Shown piece by piece: positions 1 to 8,766 of a stretch of DNA of 64,000 bases. The notes under the pieces were generated by a model that saw nothing but the letters and a program-made list of their open reading frames with translations, was not told the DNA's origin and searched no databases. The DNA is from an uncultured Enterobacterales bacterium. GTDB taxonomy: Bacteria > Myxococcota_A > UBA796 > CAJQPC01. The DNA lies in contig CAZSZE010000016.1 in NCBI GenBank assembly GCA_964610645.1, positions 617 through 64,616 of the forward strand. The letters run 5' to 3'. The position numbers were made by a program, and so were the translations under genes. Positions within the stretch are counted from its first letter, which is position 1, and each line of letters opens with the position of its first letter.

Positions 1-1
1 C

Positions 2-373
2 CCGGCCCTGGAGGGGACGCCCCAGGTGGAGCTGGCGGTCGAGAAGACGCCCCTGGACACCACCTTGCTGGCAGCGCGATCCCTCTTGTACGGCGGTGTG
101 GGGGTTGCTGTCCTTGGGGGTGGGCTGGCCTACAAGGCCCGCTCAGAGGGCATGGGCATTTATGGCAAGATGGAAGATGCAGCGGACAACGACGCCTACG
201 ATGCCCTGGTGGAACCCTACCTGGCTGCCGCCACCCAGACCCGGAACATGGGGCTGGTCGCTGTGGCCGGCATCGCCCTCGCCGGGGCGGGGTTTGCACT
301 GGACAGTCCGGTTGCTGCCGCTGGTTGGATGAACAGCCAGGAAGCCGGGGTCACGCTGACCTGGCTACGGTGA
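2..373 (+). CDS. hypothetical protein, C-terminal fragment (5' end outside the window)
   Basis: The frame is open from the first bases of the window to the TGA at 371-373. Gly/Ala-rich hydrophobic stretches (GVGVAVLGGGLAY, GLVAVAGIALAGAGFAL) are present. No family motif recognised. Confidence 0.35.
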   Translation, partial: PALEGTPQVELAVEKTPLDTTLLAARSLLYGGVGVAVLGGGLAYKARSEGMGIYGKMEDAADNDAYDALVEPYLAAATQTRNMGLVAVAGIALAGAGFALDSPVAAAGWMNSQEAGVTLTWLR

Positions 374-1924
374 CACCCCATGCCGCTTCCAGGGCCGCTC
401 GATGGTCTTGTTGCGGGTCACTTCCAGGCCGCGAATCAGCTGGTTGCGGGTCTCCCGCGGATCGATGACCTCGTCCACGAGTCCCAGGCGGGCCACCTGG
501 TAGGGGGTGATGTAGGCCTTGATCATCTCCACTAACTGGGCCTTCATCGCCTCTGGGTCCTCCGCCGCGTGGAGCAGCTTGCCCCCAGCGATGCCGAGCA
601 TTCCCTCGGCGCCCATGACGGAGATCTCCGCGGTGGGCCAGGCCAGGATTAGATCCGGCTCAAACGCCCGGCCACACATGACGTAGTAGCCAGCCCCATA
701 CGCCTTGCGCAGGATGATCGTGAACTTGGGCACCGTGGCCCGGGCCACGGCGTACAGCATGCGCGACCCATGGCGGATGATGCCGCTCTTTTCGGCGTGG
801 CTGCCCACGATGAATCCGGGCACATCCTCCAGGAAGACCAGGGGGATCTGAAAGGCATCGCACAGGTTCACGAACCGGGCGGCCTTGTCGGCTGCATCGG
901 AATCCAACACGCCGCCGAGGTACCTGGGGTTGTTGGCCACAATTCCCACGGAGTAGCCGCTGATGCGGGCGAACCCGGTCACGAGCGACTTGGCCCACTT
1001 CGCCTTCATCTCAAAGAACTTCCCGTCATCCACGATGAACGGAATGACCTTGCGCACGTCGTAGGTTCGGCGGGTGTCGTCCGGCAGGACGGACAGGATC
1101 TCGTCGTCGATGAGGTAGGGCCCCGGCGCATTCTCCATGCGGGGAGGCTTCTCATCACAGCTCTGGGGGAAGTAGGACAAGTAGTCCCGCACGGCCTGCA
1201 GGCAGGCTGCATCGTCTTCCACCTCCATGTCCGCGCAACCCGATTGGGCGCAGTGCACCTGGGAGCCCCCCAGTTCGACTTCGTTGATGTCTTCTCCCAC
1301 CGCTGCTTTGACCAGGGCAGGACCGGCCAGGGCCATGGAGCTGGTGCCCTTCACCATGGGGACAAAGTCTGCGAGGCCGGGAATGTAGGCGGTTCCAGCA
1401 GCTCCGGGACCCACCATGGCGGAGATCTGCGGCACCACGCCACTCATCACCACCTGCTCACGAAAGAGGTAGCCCGAGTCGGCGAATGTCGGGATCCGCT
1501 CCATGGCACCGGGGCTCGGGTTCAAGCGGGCACCCGCCGAATCCACCAGCCAGATCATGGGAATGCGATCCCGCAGGGCGATCTCCCGCATGCGGGTGAC
1601 CTTGACCTCGCTCACCTGGCCAATGGTGCCCCCCAGGACCGTGAAGTCATAGGCGGCGATGCACACGAGGCGCCCATCGATCTTGCCCGTGCCGGTGATG
1701 ACCCCATCGGCTGCCAGCAAGGGGGCTGCGGTCTCACTGCCGTGAATGCCCAACTCCATGAAGGAGCCTTCATCACAAAGGGCATCGACGCGCTCCCGGG
1801 CGGTCAGCTTGCCGCGGCCATGTTGGCGGGCAATTCTCTTCTCGCCGCCCATCTCCAGGGCCTTCTCCCGGCGTGCGGTCAGCTCGGTGATGCGTTCCTG
1901 CATGGACACGATGCCATGGGTCAT
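365..1924 (-). CDS. acyl-CoA carboxylase carboxyltransferase (beta) subunit, PccB/MccB/AtuC-like
   Basis: 520 aa from the ATG at 1924, with an ATGA overlap onto the upstream stop. The N-terminal GKLTARERVDALCDEGSFMELG and the C-terminal PLVFLEDVPGFIVGSHAEKSGIIRHGSRMLYA...AWPTAEISVMGAEG are typical of the carboxyl transferase family. Confidence 0.9.
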   Translation of the reverse strand: MTHGIVSMQERITELTARREKALEMGGEKRIARQHGRGKLTARERVDALCDEGSFMELGIHGSETAAPLLAADGVITGTGKIDGRLVCIAAYDFTVLGGTIGQVSEVKVTRMREIALRDRIPMIWLVDSAGARLNPSPGAMERIPTFADSGYLFREQVVMSGVVPQISAMVGPGAAGTAYIPGLADFVPMVKGTSSMALAGPALVKAAVGEDINEVELGGSQVHCAQSGCADMEVEDDAACLQAVRDYLSYFPQSCDEKPPRMENAPGPYLIDDEILSVLPDDTRRTYDVRKVIPFIVDDGKFFEMKAKWAKSLVTGFARISGYSVGIVANNPRYLGGVLDSDAADKAARFVNLCDAFQIPLVFLEDVPGFIVGSHAEKSGIIRHGSRMLYAVARATVPKFTIILRKAYGAGYYVMCGRAFEPDLILAWPTAEISVMGAEGMLGIAGGKLLHAAEDPEAMKAQLVEMIKAYITPYQVARLGLVDEVIDPRETRNQLIRGLEVTRNKTIERPWKRHGVSP

Positions 1925-4359
1925 GCGGAGGTCCTCACCTCGGCGATGCCGTTTGTAATCACCGGGTCGTTGTTCTGGTTCAAGGTCAGCAGTGAAAGGG
2001 TCTGCACGCCGTTCTCCTCGCCCTGGAGCCAGCCGCGGGTGGTGAGCACGTCCCCTGGAAGCACGGGCCTCGCGAACCGGCACGCCAGGCGCTGGACACG
2101 CGTGTAGTCCCCGTCCAGGTGATCCTCGATGACCGCCTGGCCCACAAACGCCAGGGTGCACAGGCCGTGCAGGATGATGCCTGGGTGTCCCGCAGCCTTG
2201 GCCGTGGCATCGTCCATGTGGATCGGGTTCTTGTCGCCGCTGGCATTCCCATAGGCGATGGGCTGCTTCTCACCGACCGTCACGGTCCTCGTGAACAGGG
2301 GCTCGCCGGGGGGGTCCTCCCGGGGGGGCTTGGGCTTGGAGGGTCCGTCTCCCTCCTTCTTCGTGGCGCGAATGAAGTACCCACTGATGGTCTCGCAGGC
2401 GAGTTCGCCATCGATCATCAGGTTCTGCTGCACCTTGAGCAGCTCCCCCGAGGATTTCTTCTCGATGGAGTGGATGATCGCCCGCGGTGCGACCAGGTCT
2501 CCGGGTTGGATGACGCGGTGGAACCGCATGTCCTGCTCGCCATGCAACAGGCGCATCAGATCGGCGTTGAGGTCCTTGTCCAGGACAGCCTGCCCGATCA
2601 CATCCATGTAGGGCACGACCGGAAAGAGCAGGGGCACGGCTGCACCGGAGGTGAACTGCTCGTTGGGATCGCCGCTTGCCTGGGCATAGGCGATGGCGGC
2701 CTCTGTTGTGACGAACCGCGCCTGGGCCCGGGAAACCTTGCCAATGCAGGCCTCGTTCATGCCGTCGCTGGCGGGGGCGGCGGGGGTTCCACCGGCCTTT
2801 GCCTGCTCCCGCACCTTCGCTGCTTGTTTCATGTCGATACAAGCCGCGAACTTCATGAGGATCTGCATGTTGTCGGCTTTGATCTTGCCGGCCATGAACG
2901 CCTGCTGGGCATCGGTCTTGCCCTCGGCAATGGCCAGGAAGGTGTCGACCGTTTCGTAGGTGATCGTGCAGTCCGGCGACTCGGGGGCACCCTTGGCGGT
3001 GGTGCATTCCTGGTTGCGGATGGTCACCGTGTAGGAGGCCTCGCCGCCCAGGTCGAAATGGATGTCGGCATCCACGCCGCTGGCACGCTCGGCCACAAAG
3101 GCATCGGGCATCTTCTGGAAGACCGTGTCCAGCTTGTTGCCGCCGCTGGTGTCGTCTTTGGCGGCCGCCGCAGATGCAGCCTTGCTCATGTCGAACACCG
3201 TGGCGAACTTCATGAGGATGGTCATGTTGTCGGCCTTGATCTTGCCGGCCATGAACGCCTGCTGCGAATCCACGGTGCCGCCCACCATGCCCAGCCAGGT
3301 GTCGGCGGAGTCAAAGGTGATGGTGCAGTCCGGGCTGTCCTGGGCACCGTTCATGCCCTCACAGGTGCCGCTGTCGATCTTCACGCTCCAGGTACCCTCC
3401 TCCCCGATCACAAAGTGGATCATGGCGGACATGTCGCCGGCTTTTGCAGGCAGGAAGGCCTCGGGCATGCGGGCAAAGATCTCGTTCAAGGTGTCCGTCA
3501 CGGAGCCGCTGCTGCTCTCCTCGGCTGCTGCTGCACCGGGAAGGGCGGAGATCTCATCCAGGCGCTCCGAGAGAAGCTGGGGCGTCCACTTTCCGTCCAG
3601 CTTCACGCCGTCGGTGGGAATCATGTGGTACTCGAAGACCTGGGGTCCGTGGGCACCGAAGATGCGGCCGTTCAGGTCGCCTGAAAGATCGCTGCACAGC
3701 CACAGGGCCACAGGGGCGATCAAGTCTGGCGTGATGTCCTCGCTGACCATGTCGATGTCTTCGGTCATGCGGGTCTTGGCCATGGGGGCGATGCAATTCA
3801 CCCGCACGTTGTACCTGGTGAGCTCCTTGGCGCAGACCCGGGTGAAGCCGGCGATGCCAGCCTTGGCGGCCCCGTAGTTGGCCTGGCCAAAGTTGCCGAT
3901 CAGCCCGGAAAAGCTGGAGGTGTTCAGAATCACGCCCGACTGCTGGGTCTTCATGACCCGGGCTGCAGCGCGGGTGCACTGGAAGGTACCGCGCAGGTGG
4001 ACCGCCACGACCGAATCCCACATGTCGTCATCGATCTTGAGCATGGTCTTGTCCCGGAGGATGCCGGCGTTGTTGACCAGGATGTCCACCTGGCCCCACT
4101 TTTCCGTGGCGGTGGCCACGATGGCGTCTCCTTCGGTGACCACGTTGTGGTAATCGGCGATGGCTTCGCCACCTGCGGCGTTGATCTCCTTGGCGACCGC
4201 ATCGGCCATGGAGGTGCTGCCCTCGCTGCCGTGGCAGTCGCCCCCGAGGTCGTTCACGACGACCCGGGCGCCTTCGCTGGCGAAGAGCAGGGCGTATTCA
4301 CGGCCGAGACCGCCGCCGGCCCCGGTGATGATGGCGACTTTTCCGTCGAGCATTCCCAT
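1921..4359 (-). CDS. multifunctional beta-oxidation enzyme: SDR (3-hydroxyacyl-CoA dehydrogenase type) + two tandem SCP2 domains + MaoC/hydratase-2 double hot-dog
   Basis: 812 aa from the ATG at 4359. SDR motifs ITGAGGGLGREYA and NYGAAKAG (YxxxK). Two SCP2 repeats, each ending QQAFMAGKIKADNM(T/Q)ILMKFA. Hydratase-2 motif YGNASGDKNPIHMD. The gene abuts the thiolase stop. Confidence 0.9.
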   Translation of the reverse strand: MGMLDGKVAIITGAGGGLGREYALLFASEGARVVVNDLGGDCHGSEGSTSMADAVAKEINAAGGEAIADYHNVVTEGDAIVATATEKWGQVDILVNNAGILRDKTMLKIDDDMWDSVVAVHLRGTFQCTRAAARVMKTQQSGVILNTSSFSGLIGNFGQANYGAAKAGIAGFTRVCAKELTRYNVRVNCIAPMAKTRMTEDIDMVSEDITPDLIAPVALWLCSDLSGDLNGRIFGAHGPQVFEYHMIPTDGVKLDGKWTPQLLSERLDEISALPGAAAAEESSSGSVTDTLNEIFARMPEAFLPAKAGDMSAMIHFVIGEEGTWSVKIDSGTCEGMNGAQDSPDCTITFDSADTWLGMVGGTVDSQQAFMAGKIKADNMTILMKFATVFDMSKAASAAAAKDDTSGGNKLDTVFQKMPDAFVAERASGVDADIHFDLGGEASYTVTIRNQECTTAKGAPESPDCTITYETVDTFLAIAEGKTDAQQAFMAGKIKADNMQILMKFAACIDMKQAAKVREQAKAGGTPAAPASDGMNEACIGKVSRAQARFVTTEAAIAYAQASGDPNEQFTSGAAVPLLFPVVPYMDVIGQAVLDKDLNADLMRLLHGEQDMRFHRVIQPGDLVAPRAIIHSIEKKSSGELLKVQQNLMIDGELACETISGYFIRATKKEGDGPSKPKPPREDPPGEPLFTRTVTVGEKQPIAYGNASGDKNPIHMDDATAKAAGHPGIILHGLCTLAFVGQAVIEDHLDGDYTRVQRLACRFARPVLPGDVLTTRGWLQGEENGVQTLSLLTLNQNNDPVITNGIAEVRTSA
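2806..3459 (-). repeat. internal tandem duplication encoding two SCP2 sterol-carrier domains (period 357 nt)
   Basis: About 60 nt is near-identical between 2846-2907 and 3203-3264 (gcgaacttcatgaggat...catgttgtcggc.ttgatcttgccggccatgaacgcctgctg). The two protein repeats are about 119 aa apart. Confidence 0.85.
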
Positions 4360-4361
4360 GG

Positions 4362-5474
4362 TCAGACCCTCTCGATGATGGTGGCGATCGCCATGCCCCA
4401 GCCGATGCACAGGGTAGCGAGTCCGGTGTTGGCATCACGCCGCTCCATTTCATTGAGCAAGGTCGTGACGAGTCGGGCGCCCGAACATCCCAGGGGGTGG
4501 CCCAGGGCGATGGCGCCTCCGTTTACGTTGGTTTTGTCCAGGTCTCCGCCGGTTTCCCGGGACCAGACCAGGGGCACGACGCCAAAGGCCTCGTTGACCT
4601 CGAAGACATCGATGTCGTCTATGGTCATGCCAGCCTTGGCCAGCGCCCGGTTGGTGGCCTCGATGGGACCGGTCAGCATGAGGGTCGGGCAGCTGCCCAC
4701 GACCGCCATGGAGGTGATGCGGGCCCGGGGGGTCGCCCCAAGGCGCTCGATGCCGTTTGCGTTTGCAAGCATGACCGCAGCCGCACCGTCGCTGATCTGG
4801 CTGGAGCTGGCCGCTGTGATGAGGCCGTCGTCCTTGAACGCCGGGCGCAAAGTCGCAAGCTTCTCCAGGGTGGAGCCGGCCCGGGGGCCTTCATCGGTGG
4901 TCACGCCATCCACCGCGTGAATCTCCTGGGCGAATCGGCCCTCTTCCCTGGCGGCAAGGGCCCGGCGGTGGGACTCCAGGGCCAGGGTGTCCAGCTCGTT
5001 GCGGGTGATGCCCCACTTTGAGACCATCAGCTCGGCGGACAGTCCCTGGGGAATCACGTCAAAGCGGTCCAGGACCGCATCGGAGAAGGAGCCGCCGTCG
5101 GAGCCCATGGGACACCGGGACATGCTCTCCACCCCGGCTCCGATGGCCAGGTCCATGGCCCCAGAGGCCACGGCCTGGGCCGCGAAGTTCACCGCCTGCA
5201 GCGAGGAGCCGCAGAGACGGTTGACTGTCGTGCCGGGCACCGAAATCGGAAACCCGGCCGACAGCACCGCCAGTCTGGCGACGTCGAGCGCTTGCTCGCC
5301 CGTCTGGGTCACACACCCCATCACCACGTCCTCGACCTCGGAAGCTGGAACTCCCGCGCGATCCACGACGGCTTTCAGGTTCTCGGCAGCGAGAATGTCA
5401 GGCCGAATGTGGGAGAGGACCCCATCGCGCTTTCCGATGGGGGTGCGAGTGGCTGCAAGGATGTATGCGTCCAT
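4362..5474 (-). CDS. acetyl-CoA C-acyltransferase (thiolase)
   Basis: 370 aa. N-terminus AATRTPIGKRDG, active-site Cys context VNRLCGSSLQA, C-terminal NGGAIALGHPLGCSGARL. Confidence 0.9.
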   Translation of the reverse strand: MDAYILAATRTPIGKRDGVLSHIRPDILAAENLKAVVDRAGVPASEVEDVVMGCVTQTGEQALDVARLAVLSAGFPISVPGTTVNRLCGSSLQAVNFAAQAVASGAMDLAIGAGVESMSRCPMGSDGGSFSDAVLDRFDVIPQGLSAELMVSKWGITRNELDTLALESHRRALAAREEGRFAQEIHAVDGVTTDEGPRAGSTLEKLATLRPAFKDDGLITAASSSQISDGAAAVMLANANGIERLGATPRARITSMAVVGSCPTLMLTGPIEATNRALAKAGMTIDDIDVFEVNEAFGVVPLVWSRETGGDLDKTNVNGGAIALGHPLGCSGARLVTTLLNEMERRDANTGLATLCIGWGMAIATIIERV

Positions 5475-5496
5475 TTTCTGTCCTGAGAATCGCTGT

Positions 5497-5856
5497 CTAG
5501 GCGTGGGTGTCGTCCGAGGTCTTGTCGTTCGAGGTCTTGCGGAAGAGGCGGGTGTCCTGCAGCTTCATGACGTCAGCCATGTTGCCGGCAATCTTGATCT
5601 GGCCGGACATGAACGCCTGCATGGGGTTCACGGAGCCGGTGATCATGCCAATCCAGGTGTCGGCGTTGGTGTTGATGGTGGCGGTCGCGTTGTCCGCGGT
5701 GCCTTCTTCAACGGTACAGGTGCCGTCGGCCACGTTGAGGATCCAGTTCTCGTCGTCGAAGTGAAACTGGACACAGGTGGTCCAGGAGCCAGCGGCCTCG
5801 GAGTTGAATCGGCCGGGCATGGCCTCGAAGATGTCTTTGATGGTGATGTCTGCCAT
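5497..5856 (-). CDS. SCP2 sterol-carrier/lipid-transfer domain protein
   Basis: 119 aa. ADTWIGMITGSVNPMQAFMSGQIKIAGNMADVMKL matches the SCP2 signature and the two SCP2 repeats at 2806-3459. Confidence 0.85.
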   Translation of the reverse strand: MADITIKDIFEAMPGRFNSEAAGSWTTCVQFHFDDENWILNVADGTCTVEEGTADNATATINTNADTWIGMITGSVNPMQAFMSGQIKIAGNMADVMKLQDTRLFRKTSNDKTSDDTHA

Positions 5857-5914
5857 GGATTTGTCTCCAATATGGGGGGTGGGTTGAAAGAGTCCTTAGG
5901 ACTAACAGTTGAAG

Positions 5915-5933
5915 TGTGGGGTGCCACCTGATG
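5915..5933. promoter_or_regulatory. candidate operator, palindrome TGTGGGGTG-C-CACCTGATG
   Basis: One of six intergenic copies of the AGGTG-N-CACCT-core palindrome. It lies 59 nt upstream of the SCP2 operon start. Confidence 0.55.
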
Positions 5934-5949
5934 CTCGGCCAAGGGCCTG

Positions 5950-7557
5950 TCAATCAGCGGTGGGCGCGGCTCCGTCGGGGAGAAGAGCAGCGGGGTCGCT
6001 CGGGTTGGAGGACGGTTCTGCCACGGGGGAGAGGCGACCGAATCCGCGGCCGAACAAGAGCGACACGATGCGACGAATCACGGAGAATCCGCCGCGGGAG
6101 TAGGGGTACCACCAGATCTCGCGGGAAAGGGGGTTGGGAATGAGGGCGTGGTTCACGTGGTGGGTGCGACACATGTCCCGCATGGAGTCGTCCGAGTGGA
6201 TGCGGCCGAGCCCGCTGTTCTTGATGCCGGCCCACGGGGTCTCCGGCATGGAGTAGGTGCTCAAGACGTCATCCACCATGACCATCCCGGACTCGATGCG
6301 TTTTGCCACCTGGACCCCACCCGGGCCGAAGACATAGGCCATGAGCCCCAGGTGGGAGTCGTTGGCCAGGGCGATGGCCTCGTCCACGTCGTCAAAGGCA
6401 AGAATGGGCAGCAAGGGCGCGAACGACTCTTGCTGGACCACGTCCGCATCCTGGGGGACCTCGGTGATCACGGTGGGGGAAAAGAAGGTGCCGTCCAAGT
6501 CGGGGGAAGTACCGCCCGTGCGGATGGTGGCCCCCCGTGCCGTGGCATCCGCCACCTGCGCGTTGGCGTTGTCGATCTGCATGGGGTGGATGATCGCCCC
6601 CACGTCCACAGGGCCTTCGGCGGGGTTTCCCTGGCGCAGGCGCTCGGTCAACTCCACCACCCGGGTCACCAGGGGTTCATAGAGGGAGCGGTGGACATAG
6701 GCCCGCTCGACGGAAACGCAGACCTGGCCGGAGTTCACGAAGGCTCCCCAGACCATGGCCCGGGCAGTGCGCTCCACGTTGGCACCCGGGAGGACCACGA
6801 AGGGCGCTTTGCCCCCGAGCTCGAGGGCGCAGGGGATCAAGCGGCGGGCACAGGCCTCGCCGACTTTCCTTCCCGTGGCCACCGACCCGGTAAAGACGAT
6901 CTTGTCGACGCCGGCCTCAACCAAGGCGGCCCCGGTCTCTCCATACCCATTCACCACCTGCACCAGGTCCGCCGGCACACCGGCCTCCACCAGAAGCTCC
7001 CGCAGCTTCATGGCGATCAGCGGCGTGGTCTCAGAGGGCTTCAACACCACGCCGTTGCCGGCCAGGAGCGCCACCACGATGTCCCCCCCGGGAATGATCA
7101 ACGGGAAGTTCCAGGGGGAAATGACCCCGACAACCCCGCGGGGGGTGTAGTGCAGGAAGCTGCGGCGATGGAGCATCAGGTGCAGGCGGATTCCCCTGGG
7201 CTTCAAGATCCGGTGGGCCCGGCGGGCAAAGTAGGTGGTGAGGTCCAGCAGGGTGAAGACCTCGGCCATGTAGGCTTCCATGACCGGCTTGCCGCACTCC
7301 AGGGACAGCAGTTCGGTCAGTTCGCTCCCGCGCTCTCGCGTAAGGTCCCGAAACCGCATCAGCACCCGGGCCCGCTCCCGGACCGAAAGCGCTGCCCAGG
7401 CGGGCTGCGCTGCCCGAGCGCGATCCACAGCGGCTTGCACGCTGGCGGCGTCGTCTACGGGGACGTGGGCAAAGACTGCACCCGTGGCAGGGGCACGGCA
7501 GGGAATCGGGTCCATTGCCTTGTCTTGTAGTGCGGTGGTGAGTGGCTGGACAGTCAT
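5950..7557 (-). CDS. aldehyde dehydrogenase family protein
   Basis: About 535 aa. ALDH motifs are FTGSVATGRKV, ELGGKAPFVV and FVNSGQVCVSVER. The ATG at 7557 is preferred over the TTG at 7563. Confidence 0.85.
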   Translation of the reverse strand: MTVQPLTTALQDKAMDPIPCRAPATGAVFAHVPVDDAASVQAAVDRARAAQPAWAALSVRERARVLMRFRDLTRERGSELTELLSLECGKPVMEAYMAEVFTLLDLTTYFARRAHRILKPRGIRLHLMLHRRSFLHYTPRGVVGVISPWNFPLIIPGGDIVVALLAGNGVVLKPSETTPLIAMKLRELLVEAGVPADLVQVVNGYGETGAALVEAGVDKIVFTGSVATGRKVGEACARRLIPCALELGGKAPFVVLPGANVERTARAMVWGAFVNSGQVCVSVERAYVHRSLYEPLVTRVVELTERLRQGNPAEGPVDVGAIIHPMQIDNANAQVADATARGATIRTGGTSPDLDGTFFSPTVITEVPQDADVVQQESFAPLLPILAFDDVDEAIALANDSHLGLMAYVFGPGGVQVAKRIESGMVMVDDVLSTYSMPETPWAGIKNSGLGRIHSDDSMRDMCRTHHVNHALIPNPLSREIWWYPYSRGGFSVIRRIVSLLFGRGFGRLSPVAEPSSNPSDPAALLPDGAAPTAD

Positions 7558-7566
7558 TTCCAAAAG

Positions 7567-7592
7567 TGTAATGTGACAGGTGACACTTTACA
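7567..7592. promoter_or_regulatory. candidate operator (TGACAGGTG-A-CACTTTACA at 7574-7592 plus extra half-site TGTAATGTG at 7567)
   Basis: Lies in the divergent ALDH / extended-SDR intergenic region. Same palindrome family as the other five sites. Confidence 0.5.
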
Positions 7593-7630
7593 TACACCGG
7601 GCTACACCGATCATCCACTCTGGAGTTGTC

Positions 7631-8698
7631 GTGGCGGACGTTCTCATCACTGGCGCAGGCGGATTTCTGGGAACTGAGCTGACGCGGGTTTTCCTCGCAT
7701 CGGGCCACCGGGTGAAGGCGGGAGACCTCGAAGGGGTGCCGCTTGACTGGCACGGCAAACAAGGCGCACAGCCGGTGCGCTTGGATGTGCGGGACCTGGA
7801 CAGCCTCAAGGCAGCCTGTGCCGACACGGATGTGGTGGTCCATGCCAGCGGGATCTTTGATCTCACGGTGGACAAGGACGTGCTGTGGGCTGTGAACGCG
7901 GAGGGCGCCAAGAACATGGCCCAGGCGGCCGCCGAGTCTGGGACCAAGCGGTTTGTGATGGTGAGCTCCACGTCGGTGTATGGCCGGTGTGGCCTGGATG
8001 TGACCGAGGAGAGTCCCCGGAACCCGACCCATGCCTACGACCTGTCCAAGGATGCCGGCGAGCGTCTCGCAATTGCGGCCTGCGAGGAGAAGGGGCTTCC
8101 CTGGACAGCCTTGCGGCCGACCCTGATCTACGGACCCCGCGGTCGGTACGGGGTGGCCCAGGCAGCGGCCTTGTTTTCTATGCGGACGCAGTTGGGATTG
8201 AACACCCTGCGCGTCTCCGAGGGGGGGCCCATGGGCCACCATGTCCACGTGACCGATGTGGCCCGCGCGGCGGAGTACCTGGCGAGCCACCCGGATGCGG
8301 TGGGGACGGTATTCAACGTGGCCGACGATGCGCCCTTGAGTGCGGGGGATATGATCCGCGTGCTCTGCAAGAGCGTGGGAATGGAGGTCAAGTCACCGGC
8401 CCTGCCCTGGTGGATGGCAAAGCTCGCCCGCTTCTTCAAGCCCCTTGCCCGGACGTTCCTGGGGAGGGAGAACGCCAAGCTTGCCCATATCTGGGGAAAG
8501 ATCACCGAAAAACTCGGCCTGCAGAACGCGCTGGTCCCGCGCATGGACCTGGACTGGCTGGACTACATGTTCATCGACCACACCTACAAGAACGACCGGA
8601 TCAAGAGCCTGGGTTTTACCTTCAACTACCCGGACTCCTCCCTGGGCATCGATGAGACCCTTCAGTGGTACAAGCAGGAGAAGTGGTTGCCGGAGTAG
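7631..8698 (+). CDS. extended SDR, NAD-dependent epimerase/dehydratase or 3-beta-HSD family
   Basis: N-terminal Rossmann motif VLITGAGGFLG. The GTG at 7631 is preceded by GGAG. The ORF-track start at 7580 would overlap the operator. Confidence 0.8.
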   Translation: MADVLITGAGGFLGTELTRVFLASGHRVKAGDLEGVPLDWHGKQGAQPVRLDVRDLDSLKAACADTDVVVHASGIFDLTVDKDVLWAVNAEGAKNMAQAAAESGTKRFVMVSSTSVYGRCGLDVTEESPRNPTHAYDLSKDAGERLAIAACEEKGLPWTALRPTLIYGPRGRYGVAQAAALFSMRTQLGLNTLRVSEGGPMGHHVHVTDVARAAEYLASHPDAVGTVFNVADDAPLSAGDMIRVLCKSVGMEVKSPALPWWMAKLARFFKPLARTFLGRENAKLAHIWGKITEKLGLQNALVPRMDLDWLDYMFIDHTYKNDRIKSLGFTFNYPDSSLGIDETLQWYKQEKWLPE

Positions 8699-8766
8699 GG
8701 GACCTTATCGTCGGGAGAGTACCGCCTGGTACGTGGTAGAACGCCAGTGTCTTCCCCGAGGTTGTC

